Shown here in pieces: positions 1-10,404 of a DNA stretch of 64,000 nucleotides (positions within the stretch are counted from its first letter, which is position 1; each line of letters begins with the position of its first letter). Made by a program: the position numbers and the translations under genes. The notes under the pieces are model-generated. The model was not told the DNA's origin. It worked only from the letters and a program-made list of their open reading frames with translations, and made no database searches. Source of the stretch: a virus (lineage: Duplodnaviria; Caudoviricetes); IMG/VR virus record IMGVR_UViG_3300015370_000516, positions 21,472-85,471 of that record; one strand, 5' to 3'.

Positions 1-793
1 CCAATCCTCTGTTTATCAATTCTTGCTGCGTAGTCAGTTGAACATGTTGGCTATAGATACCGAGACGGCTATGGGTATTTTTAATCGCATTGCTCAGGTA
101 GTCATGTCTTTCTTTTATGTTGACCAGGCTGGGAATCTACGCTATGAATATCCGCGTTATGCCACTGTGCCCAGTTCCGATCCGGATCCAATGGCTCCTG
201 GATTAAAGGCAGGTGCTCCTGATCCTGAAACCCCGTGGCACTCGCTTAACTATTGGATTTCAGCCGGAGATTTCTCCTTTATTAGCTATCAAGGTGGTGA
301 AGACGAATCTGAACGAGTGGCCACGCGGGTTGTGGCAGTACAGGATTACGCCTATTTGTCTGGGGCTTTGACAGAGCTTGTAAAGGCTTCCTTGTACAAT
401 GGTTATGCCGTAGTTGAGCCAAACGATTTATTACGCTACGGGTTACGGGAAGTTAATTTATCTACCTTCTATATGCGGACGCAGATTTCCAAAGATGTGA
501 TGAATAAATATGCTAAGGCCGCTCTGTATCATCTTAATTCTGCCTCCCGATCTTTTTCTATAGTGTTGAATCAACGCCCCGATACCATGCTAAATCGTTG
601 TCTGGTATTTTCAGAACGTAGCAGAGTGGGGCTGATAACTGATATTAGCGATTCATTTTCCCCCCAGAGTGGGCATCAGCGTACCCACACTTGTAGATTT
701 GTTCGTTACTTAGGTGAAAAGATAGAATACCCATGGGTCGCTATTCTGGATGCTTCAGTTAATTCCATGCCAGGCGAGAAGCAGGTGCGTTAA
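1..793 (+). CDS. Tail/baseplate hub-like structural protein, 5'-truncated by window edge
   Basis: Frame is open from position 2 with no upstream stop; TAATG-coupled to the next baseplate gene; call rests on position only. Confidence 0.4.
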   Translation, partial: QSSVYQFLLRSQLNMLAIDTETAMGIFNRIAQVVMSFFYVDQAGNLRYEYPRYATVPSSDPDPMAPGLKAGAPDPETPWHSLNYWISAGDFSFISYQGGEDESERVATRVVAVQDYAYLSGALTELVKASLYNGYAVVEPNDLLRYGLREVNLSTFYMRTQISKDVMNKYAKAALYHLNSASRSFSIVLNQRPDTMLNRCLVFSERSRVGLITDISDSFSPQSGHQRTHTCRFVRYLGEKIEYPWVAILDASVNSMPGEKQVR

Positions 794-1887
794 TGTCAAT
801 CGTAATACCCAGAATTCAGCAGCATGATGGTCTAACCGCCGGTTATATGAACGCCGATGTTGGTCTGGTTGTGGCTGTTGAACGAGTATCAGAACAAATA
901 GAATATGGTCTTCAAGTAGATGAAATCGGACTGGAAACTCATGAATTTGATAATTATGCTTCAAGATTCTCCTATACACTGTCTATTCAGCTTATGAGCC
1001 GCGTAGGGCAATTAGTCCAAGTTCCTTATATTTTCAATGGTCAGGCAGCGGCTTCCATGAGCGGACAGATTCCAGTACGAGGTCAGATAGTTATAATTCT
1101 ATACGTTGGTCAACGGCGCATCCCTATGGCATTTGGGGGATTTAATCTGTGGACGGTGATGCGCCGTTTAATTGCCGAGGAGTTGTTCCCAGAATTTAAA
1201 CCCGGCGAGGTCTTTAGCCAAGCGGCCATTCGGGAAGACCCCATGAGCCTATTGAATTCTTCATTAGATGAAGGATCACAAGAACAAGAATTCAAGGAAC
1301 AGTTTCGGGGCGGGTCTATTTATCAGGATTTCAAAGGCAGGGTCTTTATTGAATCCAGACATTATCGTGCTGATGGATCTGACGGGGCTTTTATTCAGCT
1401 TGTACTTGGCAACCCAGCAGCTTCTACTACCGCCGATGAAGCTAACGATTTTAATGAAGAGGATGCTACTGGCGAAGCTCTAATAGCTATGCGTATAAAG
1501 CTATCTCCCAAGCCTGACCAGGATCCAACCTTCATTATGAACGTTACACAGGAAGGCAAAGTCATTATTGAAACTCCCCATGCTTGGCTTGGTCGTGCAC
1601 CTGGGGAAGGTCCTGAGCCGGAAACTACCGTAGAAGTTGATGTAGCTGCCAAAAAGGTAATTATTGATGGTCAGAAGATTTATCAAGGAAGAGCCGCAGA
1701 ACAACAGGCTGTTTTTGGTAACATTCTGCATCAACTTTTATCTGACTTGATAGATGCCGTAATTCAAACCAGACAACCGGTGGCTGGAGCTGGTCCAACC
1801 GCAGGCCCCCCAATGAACTTACAGAATTGGTTGAACATAAAATACCAGCTTCCGCAGATATTGTCTAACACAAATCTGGTGGAGTGA
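793..1887 (+). CDS. Baseplate spike / gpV-like protein
   Basis: N-terminal OB-fold-like segment followed by short beta-repeats; C-terminal VFGNILHQLLSDLIDAV...GPTAGPP motif typical of spikes; lies upstream of gp25-like and J-like genes. Confidence 0.55.
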   Translation: MSIVIPRIQQHDGLTAGYMNADVGLVVAVERVSEQIEYGLQVDEIGLETHEFDNYASRFSYTLSIQLMSRVGQLVQVPYIFNGQAAASMSGQIPVRGQIVIILYVGQRRIPMAFGGFNLWTVMRRLIAEELFPEFKPGEVFSQAAIREDPMSLLNSSLDEGSQEQEFKEQFRGGSIYQDFKGRVFIESRHYRADGSDGAFIQLVLGNPAASTTADEANDFNEEDATGEALIAMRIKLSPKPDQDPTFIMNVTQEGKVIIETPHAWLGRAPGEGPEPETTVEVDVAAKKVIIDGQKIYQGRAAEQQAVFGNILHQLLSDLIDAVIQTRQPVAGAGPTAGPPMNLQNWLNIKYQLPQILSNTNLVE

Positions 1888-1890
1888 TCC

Positions 1891-2298
1891 ATGCCATTAG
1901 TAGCAGACGATCTCTATAACGCGATTTATCCCCCTATCAAGGAGGACATATACCAGCCGCTTTATGATGCTTTCTACGCCATCACCGGCTACATGATAGA
2001 ACCAGGCAACTTTTGGAAAGTTCAGGGAACTCAGGCAGCCCCGGATCCCGCGTATTATCAGGCTGCAATTGACGAAGCAAGCAGACGAGCAACAGAAATA
2101 GCCACGGTGCTGTCAGACGCTTTAGCCGATAAAATATCCAGAACTATAGCTGACCAAATTCGCCCATGGATTGTACAAGGTTCAGAAATTACTTGTACTA
2201 TTCCAGCTACGTCAATTGGTACGGTAGGTGGATCCAATGCCCAGAGTGGTCCCCAGAGTAATTTAGAAATTGCTGGAATTGTTGACGAGGGTCCCTAA
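1891..2298 (+). CDS. Hypothetical baseplate-region protein
   Basis: 135 aa ORF coupled between the spike and wedge genes. Confidence 0.5.
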   Translation: MPLVADDLYNAIYPPIKEDIYQPLYDAFYAITGYMIEPGNFWKVQGTQAAPDPAYYQAAIDEASRRATEIATVLSDALADKISRTIADQIRPWIVQGSEITCTIPATSIGTVGGSNAQSGPQSNLEIAGIVDEGP

Positions 2299-2759
2299 TG
2301 GCAAATCTCAAAGACATAAAATTAGTCCCCAGAGATCTAACCAGCGATTCGTTTACTACTGGTAGCATGACCATAGAACTTGACGAACGGGGAGAGCCCA
2401 GATTGTTGGATGATTCCGCAGCTTTGAATCAAGACATTCTGAAAGCCATTTTTACCGGAGTACAGCCCGATGGCTACGGCACGGTCATTCGCAACGTAGT
2501 AGGTGAAAAGAACACCGGAGTAGTAAAAGCTATGCTTAGTTTTACAATTATTTCTTCATTACAGGTTCTTAGAAAAATACATAATGAGCTGCGCAAGGAA
2601 TTCCCTACACAGTTCAGGGGTAGAAGATGCTTAGCCAACGTGGATTTTATACATGTCGAGGACGTTACGGTTACAAGCGTTTTGATTAAAGTGGACCTCC
2701 GAGATAGAGAAAATACCATGATTGCCCAGGCTGTTCAATATAACAATACAAAGGAGTAG
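2298..2759 (+). CDS. Baseplate wedge subunit, gp25/gpW-like
   Basis: 153 aa with L.QDILKAIFT...YGT pattern; immediately upstream of the J-like gene. Confidence 0.6.
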   Translation: MANLKDIKLVPRDLTSDSFTTGSMTIELDERGEPRLLDDSAALNQDILKAIFTGVQPDGYGTVIRNVVGEKNTGVVKAMLSFTIISSLQVLRKIHNELRKEFPTQFRGRRCLANVDFIHVEDVTVTSVLIKVDLRDRENTMIAQAVQYNNTKE

Positions 2760-2761
2760 GC

Positions 2762-4351
2762 ATGCTGCCTATCCAGACCAGAGAAGCTATTCTCAGCAAA
2801 CTACGGGCAGACATTCGGGGACTCAACTCGGATATAAACGTCGGGGAGCACTCCGTAGCTTTTGACATAGCTTTATACCCAGCAGCATCACTCGGAGAAG
2901 ATTTGTGGATGTTGGCAGATTTTATCACCCGGCTGCAGAGCTTGAACAGCATTGTCGCTATGCAGGAAGATGACGTTTACAAGGAGAAGCTGAGAACCTT
3001 ATTTCAGTACAATACGATTGCCGACGTCGAGAATCTTATTTCCAGTATGCTGGATGCCAAGGTAGGTAACTGGAACGTTGCCCGCGGCTCCGCAGTGGCT
3101 GCCCGAGCCTTAGTTCGTTTTTATGGAAGTGATAATACCCCAATCACGGTAGCCGCTGGCAAGCGGGTGTCCACACGGGGTCAGAACTCCGTAACATTTA
3201 CCGTCCTGGATGGCTGTAGCAGCGCCCCAGTTCAATTTGATTCCTATTCTGGTCTGTGGTATACGGAGTTGCTGTGTCGAGCCACCACGGGCGGCACAGT
3301 GGGCTTAGTTGCCGAAAATACTATAACCTATTTAGTTGACAACGTTCCTGGCGTGATTCAATGCCGCAACGCCTTAGCATCATTTGGTGGCAAGAACGCC
3401 GAAAGCGATGTTGACTTGGCTGACCGCGCCAAGGCAGCCTGGAAATCATGGTCTTTGGATACTACTGGCGGGCTACAGGCTTTCTTTCGCGGCCAGCCTG
3501 GTGTTGACGATGCCTATGTCGCTGGTCCTGGCAATCCTTTGGTGGGGCGCAACCGTCAAATGGGAGTTCCCACAGATATTTTTGTGCAGGTGGCTCCCGA
3601 TCCACTGTCTGAAGTAGATGTATTTGTTTCCACATTAGCGTATCCAGTAACTGCCAGAGAAGCTCTTTTACTTCCGCAGATGTATGCAATAGCATCGTCA
3701 TTTCAGCTTCAGGGTATACCTAATTATCCCATAACTGGAGAAACTCAGACCATAACCTATTACCCCAACAAGCAGCCGGTCATTGAGGTCTTGTCAGTTT
3801 CAGGAACCAGTTCAGGTAACATAGACTTTGAAGTACATTATGATACTACGAATATGTATTCTGGATCAGTCCGTGCACATACTTACATTGATCTTACTCT
3901 GGATTTGGCGGTGGCTACAACTGGGGAGACAATTACCGTTACCTATAATTATGACGGGGTGATCATGGCTCTCCAAAACACCATTGACGATCCTCAATAT
4001 GATTTAATGTCCCAGGATTTATTAGTACGGTCAGGATTACAAATAGATGTTGACATAACTGCACAGATTACGCTTTTGCCTAATTTCTCGGCAACTACGG
4101 TACAATCTATAATTCAGCAGGACTTGCTTAAACTGTTTGCCGGTGGCCGTGCATCTACAGGTAAATGGTATCCTCGCTATAAACTTGGGCAGCGTATTGA
4201 CTATTCAGATATTTATGCAGTTATTACTAACGTGTATGGTGTTGATCGGATTGATTCTCTGAGAATCATGGTGGGGGGTCGTTTAGTTACAAATTACAGG
4301 AATTTACAGATGAGCGAGTACGCTCGGTTGGGAACCATAACATGGATTTAA
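2762..4351 (+). CDS. Baseplate J-like (gp47/gp6) wedge protein
   Basis: Motifs GTVGLVAENTIT, GGKNAESDVDLADRA and PRYKLGQRIDYSDIYAVITNVYGVD are typical of Baseplate_J. Confidence 0.85.
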   Translation: MLPIQTREAILSKLRADIRGLNSDINVGEHSVAFDIALYPAASLGEDLWMLADFITRLQSLNSIVAMQEDDVYKEKLRTLFQYNTIADVENLISSMLDAKVGNWNVARGSAVAARALVRFYGSDNTPITVAAGKRVSTRGQNSVTFTVLDGCSSAPVQFDSYSGLWYTELLCRATTGGTVGLVAENTITYLVDNVPGVIQCRNALASFGGKNAESDVDLADRAKAAWKSWSLDTTGGLQAFFRGQPGVDDAYVAGPGNPLVGRNRQMGVPTDIFVQVAPDPLSEVDVFVSTLAYPVTAREALLLPQMYAIASSFQLQGIPNYPITGETQTITYYPNKQPVIEVLSVSGTSSGNIDFEVHYDTTNMYSGSVRAHTYIDLTLDLAVATTGETITVTYNYDGVIMALQNTIDDPQYDLMSQDLLVRSGLQIDVDITAQITLLPNFSATTVQSIIQQDLLKLFAGGRASTGKWYPRYKLGQRIDYSDIYAVITNVYGVDRIDSLRIMVGGRLVTNYRNLQMSEYARLGTITWI

Positions 4352-4352
4352 G

Positions 4353-7300
4353 ATGAGCTTGAGAGTTTGGGTTGAGGCTTCCCCACTAAACAGCTTCGAC
4401 AATCCTGAACACCGCCGTTTTAAGCAGAAAATGGTGGATGCCAACGTCTACGACTGCTCGGTGCAGGCCTATCCGATGACGACATCTGCACTTACCATGT
4501 CTGTCTCTGGTTGCACGGCTGATGAGATAACTCAAGTTTACCATAATGGAGCAATTGTTCAAACCCTACAGAACAACGCAACTTATATTTTTAAGTTAAA
4601 ACCTGTAGTTGGTAGAAACGTAGTTAATGCTATATGTGGAGGAGTCAATTCCAATCAGATTATTTTCTCGGCGGATTTATTGCATACTATGGTTTATGCT
4701 ATTCCATGGGTAATAGAGGAATACGATAATGAATTACGTCAGGCTTGGGCTAACGGGTTTTTGGCTGAAAACGTAGTTTCCGGTCTATCAGGTGGGACGC
4801 TTTCTCCAACTCAGCAATCTCTGGTAGATACTTGGGGAGAATGGTTAGGGGTTCCCAGACTAACTGGGTGGACGGTTTCACAGTACATAGTTGCTCTTCG
4901 TTCTATTCTGGGAATTTACCAGCGTGGTGCAACTGTGCAAAGTATGCGAGATATTGCAATAGCTCTGGGAGATATAAGTGGTGAAACTACCGCTGTAGTT
5001 CCCATGCGCCAGATTCACGCTACGGCCACTGAAATCATGCCCAGAGTGTTTGGGTGTCAGGATTCGTTTGGAGACGTAACCCAGCTAACTGTGTACCCAA
5101 CTAAGGTCAAGATGGGTAATAGATGGTACAATGTTGGCTATCAGTCTGGAGTAACTATTCCAGCCACGACCAACCGGATGCTTGATGCTACTGGCGAGGC
5201 TTTCGCTGTCTTGGATCCTAATATGTCAACGGTTGTGTTGAGCGGAGATACCTATATCGAGGACGCTTGGCTCAACTCAGGAAATACGGGGTATAATTAT
5301 GGTAATTTTACTGGTGCAACAAAAATTGATCTATCTACAGGATCATCCTATCTGATACGTCTTAAGAATTTGCCAGCGGCATTAGGAAGTGGTAAAACTA
5401 TTTCTACATGTACTTTATATTGTTGGGTATTGGGTGGAGGTGGTCCAGTGCCGATAGACAATAAAAAGTCTATTGCTATAAAGCGAGTTTTAAAACCATG
5501 GGTGGCTGGTTCTTATACCGGAGCAACGCCCGCAGTGGGTTGTGGTTGTACGTTTAGTTCCTGGAATGGGAATGATAAACTCTGGGCAATTGCTGGAGGC
5601 CACAACGAAGCAGACGCTGATCAGAATGAAGGTAATGGCACAGGTGCAGATTGTTGGGCAACCCCGGAGAGCACAGTTCAATTATTAACAACAGGCTCAA
5701 CTTATCCAAGGATTGTTCCAGGTTATCGAGCTCTAACTATTAGATCTGATTTAGTGCAATCTTGGTACAATGGGTCTATGAGTGGTAATGGTGTATTAAT
5801 GTTAATTGACCAACCTTCTGGTTGGTATGACATTGCTGGGTTGGAATATAGCGGAGACACAAAAAGACCTTATTTCGAGATTTCTTATTACGACCAAAGC
5901 AGTGCTGCCGAGATACATCAAGATTTTGCCCAAGAACTTCTCATGGTCGTGGTCTCTGGAGAACCCAGACAGGTTATCGGAACTTACGTTGATTACTTTA
6001 CTACTGGCAGTGTGCTTACTGATAGCACCGGTGAGATAACCGGTGTAGAAGACGGCAAATACGTTATTTTGGAACGTACCCCCATGGAAATCGTTTGGGC
6101 TGGGGATGTTTCTGGGGGCACTGGTAGTACGATCTATCCAATAACTAATTCATGTATAATTATAACTGATTATAGAACCGGAAATACTCCGTATGTCTTT
6201 TTAGGAACGAGATTGGACGTTGACCAGATTATTGCCCAGGATTCTCAATTAGCCGTTTATTACAGGGCAGTGCGCCGCGACCTGCGCGTTGTGGCTCGAA
6301 TAGTTTGTGACCTTGATAGCGGTGGGACAGTTACTGGAATTAGGGAAATACACCGCCCCAATGTTCCCAGCTGTGGAGCTATTGACTGGTCTCCAGCTTG
6401 GCGCAGACGAGTATATTCCGTTTGCTTGGGAAGACCTACCAGCGGATCACCTTATTCCCAGGAAGAACAGGACTGGGCTAACCGCGTTTTTCAGACGTTA
6501 GCACCGTTTGGAGCAATAGGATTTCTTAATTTCTATTTACCGGCTGAGCTGGATCCATTTACGCTGGATGCTGATTACTTTGGGTTTTGGTTTAGATCGC
6601 TATCCCTAAGTGGACTGACCAGCGGTAACGAGGTTCAATCCTGGACTTCGGAAGTATCTGGGGGAACTGGGGCCGGCGGAACTACCGGCTATGTTACGGC
6701 TACCCAGACCAGTGGGTTGGGAATATGCCCCATTTATCTTACAGGCGTTACCCCGTCCAATAGTCCGGTATTGCGCTTTGGTGGTACTGGCAGTGTGTTA
6801 TCCTATTTGAACTTGCCAAGCGATATTACCAAAGACGTGAGCGGTTATACGTTAATATCAGTGCATCGCAGCAATTACTATGATGGCAGTGGACAAACGA
6901 TCTTTCACACCACTACGTCTGGAAGCACCGGATTAACCCGGATGCGGATGGGACGTGGTGATTCTGGATTACCGCGCCTACAAGCTGCCGGACGTCGCCT
7001 GGAATCAGATGACGAGGCTGGTGTTACCGGTGGTACGTTTATCCTAACTGGCTGGAGCGTAGACGCTGCGGTGTTTGATTTTGTAGGCAATACGCTCAAG
7101 ATTTATCGTAACGGTCATCTGGTTGCCGAGAACTCCGATTTTCAAACAACTGGAACTTTGGAGAACTCTAATTCCTCTGGGGCTACTTTGGGAGCGCGAG
7201 CCGATGCTGCCGGAGGTCTTTGTGGTGACCTGGTGGAAATCTTTGGCTATAAACAGGCTTTAAGCGATGCCCAAGTAGCCGGATTATCAAGTTACTTTCA

Positions 7301-7394
7301 CAACTATAACCTGGTAAACAGGAATATCTTATACCGGCGGGGCTATGAACAGTACGACTCACGTGGACCAGCAGAGGTTTCGGAAGAGGAATAA
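4353..7394 (+). CDS. Multidomain baseplate/tail protein: gpI-like N-terminus, DNRLRE-like domain, C-terminal LamG/ConA-like domain
   Basis: WGEWLGVPRLTGW..SQY (baseplate I-like); EDAWLNS...YNYG...YLIRLKNLP and GNGVLM...D.TKRPYFEISY (DNRLRE-like); LKIYRNG...GDLVEIFGYKQALSDAQV (LamG-like). Confidence 0.6.
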   Translation: MSLRVWVEASPLNSFDNPEHRRFKQKMVDANVYDCSVQAYPMTTSALTMSVSGCTADEITQVYHNGAIVQTLQNNATYIFKLKPVVGRNVVNAICGGVNSNQIIFSADLLHTMVYAIPWVIEEYDNELRQAWANGFLAENVVSGLSGGTLSPTQQSLVDTWGEWLGVPRLTGWTVSQYIVALRSILGIYQRGATVQSMRDIAIALGDISGETTAVVPMRQIHATATEIMPRVFGCQDSFGDVTQLTVYPTKVKMGNRWYNVGYQSGVTIPATTNRMLDATGEAFAVLDPNMSTVVLSGDTYIEDAWLNSGNTGYNYGNFTGATKIDLSTGSSYLIRLKNLPAALGSGKTISTCTLYCWVLGGGGPVPIDNKKSIAIKRVLKPWVAGSYTGATPAVGCGCTFSSWNGNDKLWAIAGGHNEADADQNEGNGTGADCWATPESTVQLLTTGSTYPRIVPGYRALTIRSDLVQSWYNGSMSGNGVLMLIDQPSGWYDIAGLEYSGDTKRPYFEISYYDQSSAAEIHQDFAQELLMVVVSGEPRQVIGTYVDYFTTGSVLTDSTGEITGVEDGKYVILERTPMEIVWAGDVSGGTGSTIYPITNSCIIITDYRTGNTPYVFLGTRLDVDQIIAQDSQLAVYYRAVRRDLRVVARIVCDLDSGGTVTGIREIHRPNVPSCGAIDWSPAWRRRVYSVCLGRPTSGSPYSQEEQDWANRVFQTLAPFGAIGFLNFYLPAELDPFTLDADYFGFWFRSLSLSGLTSGNEVQSWTSEVSGGTGAGGTTGYVTATQTSGLGICPIYLTGVTPSNSPVLRFGGTGSVLSYLNLPSDITKDVSGYTLISVHRSNYYDGSGQTIFHTTTSGSTGLTRMRMGRGDSGLPRLQAAGRRLESDDEAGVTGGTFILTGWSVDAAVFDFVGNTLKIYRNGHLVAENSDFQTTGTLENSNSSGATLGARADAAGGLCGDLVEIFGYKQALSDAQVAGLSSYFHNYNLVNRNILYRRGYEQYDSRGPAEVSEEE

Positions 7395-7419
7395 AAACTA
7401 AATCTAATGGAATGATACC

Positions 7420-10404
7420 ATGCTTCGAGTCATTTTCTCAGATGGGGTTGAATTGTTTGCAGCCGATCTTCAGGCTGTTGAAGAATACCAAGCCACCGAG
7501 GTCAAGACCCGCTGGAATCACCTGGTGGAAACACCTGGCATCGTTGCCAAGACCTATGATGCCAATATTCTTATGCCCACCTCCGGAGCCACGAGTGGGA
7601 CGGTCACGGTGTCAGCCGGAGGGGTCTATTTTCCAAATGGTGAATATGTATATTTTACTGGTGGATCTTTGACCGGTCTTACTGATGCAGATATGTTCCC
7701 CACAGGAAATACTTATGTAGCTGTTGAACAGGTTGATACCACTGGAGCAACCCGACCCCACGTAGTCTACTTTACGGACAATTTGCTGCCCACCAGGGGA
7801 TGGAATGATAATGGGGTGGTTGCTCTGGCTCTGGTCAATGCGGCTACCGGAGCAGCTTTTATTATAGTTGGCAAGGTGGATGACATTAGTGTCGGCGGTG
7901 ATGTAACCCTAAACACAGGTGAGACCTATCGCCGGACGATGATGATGCCACTACGGACTTTGCCTACAACGCCTGTAATTACGTCCGTAGGGATCGGCAG
8001 CGAAGTAGATAGCTTTGAACATTCTGGAACGCCCAGGGCAAGGAGAACTGAATTTACTCCAGCCTATTTATCTGTTGCCTGGAACGCCTCTGAACACGAG
8101 GATGGGATTCTGGGGTACTATGCTGTTCTGGACTTTCTTGACAACAGTAATAATGTGCTTACTGGAGCTTCTCAATCACAGCTTCAGTACATCGGAACTG
8201 GGATGGGTGTCACCCATACCGGCATGACTTTTCATCAACTATCTCCGGGATCTAAATGTCAACTTAGGCTTTATGCTCTTTCTAATAGTTCAATCCCAGT
8301 CTTGAGTCAGGCTGCCACTGGTGGCCCTTACTATGTAGGCTCTGGGCTTACCTTGACTATGCCAGAAATAGTCCTGGAGGAAACCTACGGAGGTCTGTTA
8401 GTCACCTGGGAAGCCACTGGGACGACCAATGCAACTCTATTCGAGGTCTTTGCCAGCACGGGGGCGTCTCTGACTGGGTCAACTGGTTCATCCATAGATT
8501 ATAATCAACTATCCTATCGCGGCTATGGCAGCCGGGCTTTTATTCCTGGACAAATAGACGATGTGGTTTACATTGTAGCCCGTGCGCTGGACTACTCCGG
8601 GGCCTTGAGTAGCAATGCACAGATTACTTCTACAACTCTGCAGGGACCAACAGCCCCACCAGCGCCCGTTAGTGTGCGCCTGACTGGAGTGCGCAATCCA
8701 GAAATATCTGACTTGGAATGCGATCCGGATTGGAAGAATGACAAGTTTTCCATTGCCATGCGGGGTGGCATCATCTGGGACAAGGCCAATACCGTCTGGG
8801 AATGGAATTATAACGATCTTACCGGAACTGGCGACACCGGTGGCATCTTCAGAGTATCCGCTAACGGAACTGGAATAACTTCAAACTTACTTGTAGATTT
8901 ACATCTATATCTAAATGCCAATACAACCGATTATCTGATTACGGCAAACACAGCGTCCAATGCAGCGGGCAAATTAGCAATAGGGGTCTGTAACCTGGAT
9001 GGGTCTGTCGCCAACGTCAATGGTGTTGAAGCCACTGCATTATTACCAGCTATTGTCCATTCCAACGCTGACGAGTACGAAGTTGAGTTCCGAGTTTATA
9101 CCGATGATGGGCTTAGCTACGAAATTCCTGTACGGCGCGCCAGAAGCGTTCCGCTGGCTTGGAAAGACCCCATTGTTCCCCAGACCGTAGAAGCTGAGTT
9201 ACCCATCGGAATTCGAGCACAATGCAACGTTAAATCTATAGAGCGGGGAACGCATCGGAGTTCGATTCGTACCTATTCAGACGTGGAACGTGTTGAGTAC
9301 GCCGACAACGACGTTTGGAATGATACCGGATCACTGACCTGTGTGGGTACGGAATACGGTTTTGAAATTATCATGTCACCGGCTTCGATGCTGCCGGACA
9401 TTTCCGGATGGGAAATAGCTTATTGTCAGGATACACAAGGAACTCCGAGCTTCTCAAATCGGTCGCACAATCCGCAAGTAATTTCTGCTGTGGATCATTT
9501 CAGGATAGCTATTGAGCGCGTAGCTGTCTACAACGTGGCCGTGCGACCAGTTAAAGGCGGGCAGGCGGTTGGCGTGACCAGGTATACTTCGGTGGGTGCG
9601 GGTGGTGGTGGCTATGTGTCTAACATAAAGCACTTTGAAGTTCCGGTAGATTTGATGCCGATGGGACTTGTTCTAAAATGCCCAGACGTAAATACAGCCC
9701 CCAAAGTGAGTGTTGTTGTTTATTCTGGTGGTACTCCAACATCTTCCGGTAATCCATGCCCATTTCCAAGAGTTGGCCAAAGGGGTGGAATATCTTACTT
9801 TAATTACCCAGTTTATAAAATCGTAAGTGTACACAATTATGCTGCGACAGGGACAGCCTTCGCTGGTTTGGGGAATCCCACGGCATGTGCTATAGGCTTA
9901 GATGAAGAAACTACTTACAATTATGACTTGACTGCTATGACTCATACTGCAGCAGTTTGTATGGTAGATGGTGGGCCAGTCGGATCACTTCCCCAAGTGC
10001 AAATCAAAATGTTACGACAAATTGCCAAGATTCCTATTTATCGCCCCATTCAAGTAATCAAGGTTGGTTTTGATTGTACTTACACGGATGCGAGCAGTGG
10101 TAATCCAGCATTACTGAGAATATACCAACAAGGTTTGGAAGCAAGCGGGGCTACTTTATCTGTTTCGTCGTTCAAAACTGGCCCAATTATGGGGAATGCC
10201 AATGTAATAATAGATTCACAGAGCATAGGAACTTTTGCAAGTTTGTGTATTGATGCCTACAATTCGGATAGTGGTGTGACTTATAGCAATGCTATACGAA
10301 TCCAAGGAACACTCCACATCTATTACCGTGATCTGCGCATAGATGACCAGACTATCTATGCCTATACGAAACAGCCAATAACTTCACAGGGACAATCACA
10401 ATAA
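7420..10404 (+). CDS. Large tail fibre/virion protein with FN3-like beta-sandwich domains
   Basis: 994 aa, Thr/Gly/Ser-rich; LSVAWNAS..., LLVTWEAT...FEVFAS...YIVARALDYSG and YNVAVRPV FN3-like strands. Confidence 0.55.
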   Translation: MLRVIFSDGVELFAADLQAVEEYQATEVKTRWNHLVETPGIVAKTYDANILMPTSGATSGTVTVSAGGVYFPNGEYVYFTGGSLTGLTDADMFPTGNTYVAVEQVDTTGATRPHVVYFTDNLLPTRGWNDNGVVALALVNAATGAAFIIVGKVDDISVGGDVTLNTGETYRRTMMMPLRTLPTTPVITSVGIGSEVDSFEHSGTPRARRTEFTPAYLSVAWNASEHEDGILGYYAVLDFLDNSNNVLTGASQSQLQYIGTGMGVTHTGMTFHQLSPGSKCQLRLYALSNSSIPVLSQAATGGPYYVGSGLTLTMPEIVLEETYGGLLVTWEATGTTNATLFEVFASTGASLTGSTGSSIDYNQLSYRGYGSRAFIPGQIDDVVYIVARALDYSGALSSNAQITSTTLQGPTAPPAPVSVRLTGVRNPEISDLECDPDWKNDKFSIAMRGGIIWDKANTVWEWNYNDLTGTGDTGGIFRVSANGTGITSNLLVDLHLYLNANTTDYLITANTASNAAGKLAIGVCNLDGSVANVNGVEATALLPAIVHSNADEYEVEFRVYTDDGLSYEIPVRRARSVPLAWKDPIVPQTVEAELPIGIRAQCNVKSIERGTHRSSIRTYSDVERVEYADNDVWNDTGSLTCVGTEYGFEIIMSPASMLPDISGWEIAYCQDTQGTPSFSNRSHNPQVISAVDHFRIAIERVAVYNVAVRPVKGGQAVGVTRYTSVGAGGGGYVSNIKHFEVPVDLMPMGLVLKCPDVNTAPKVSVVVYSGGTPTSSGNPCPFPRVGQRGGISYFNYPVYKIVSVHNYAATGTAFAGLGNPTACAIGLDEETTYNYDLTAMTHTAAVCMVDGGPVGSLPQVQIKMLRQIAKIPIYRPIQVIKVGFDCTYTDASSGNPALLRIYQQGLEASGATLSVSSFKTGPIMGNANVIIDSQSIGTFASLCIDAYNSDSGVTYSNAIRIQGTLHIYYRDLRIDDQTIYAYTKQPITSQGQSQ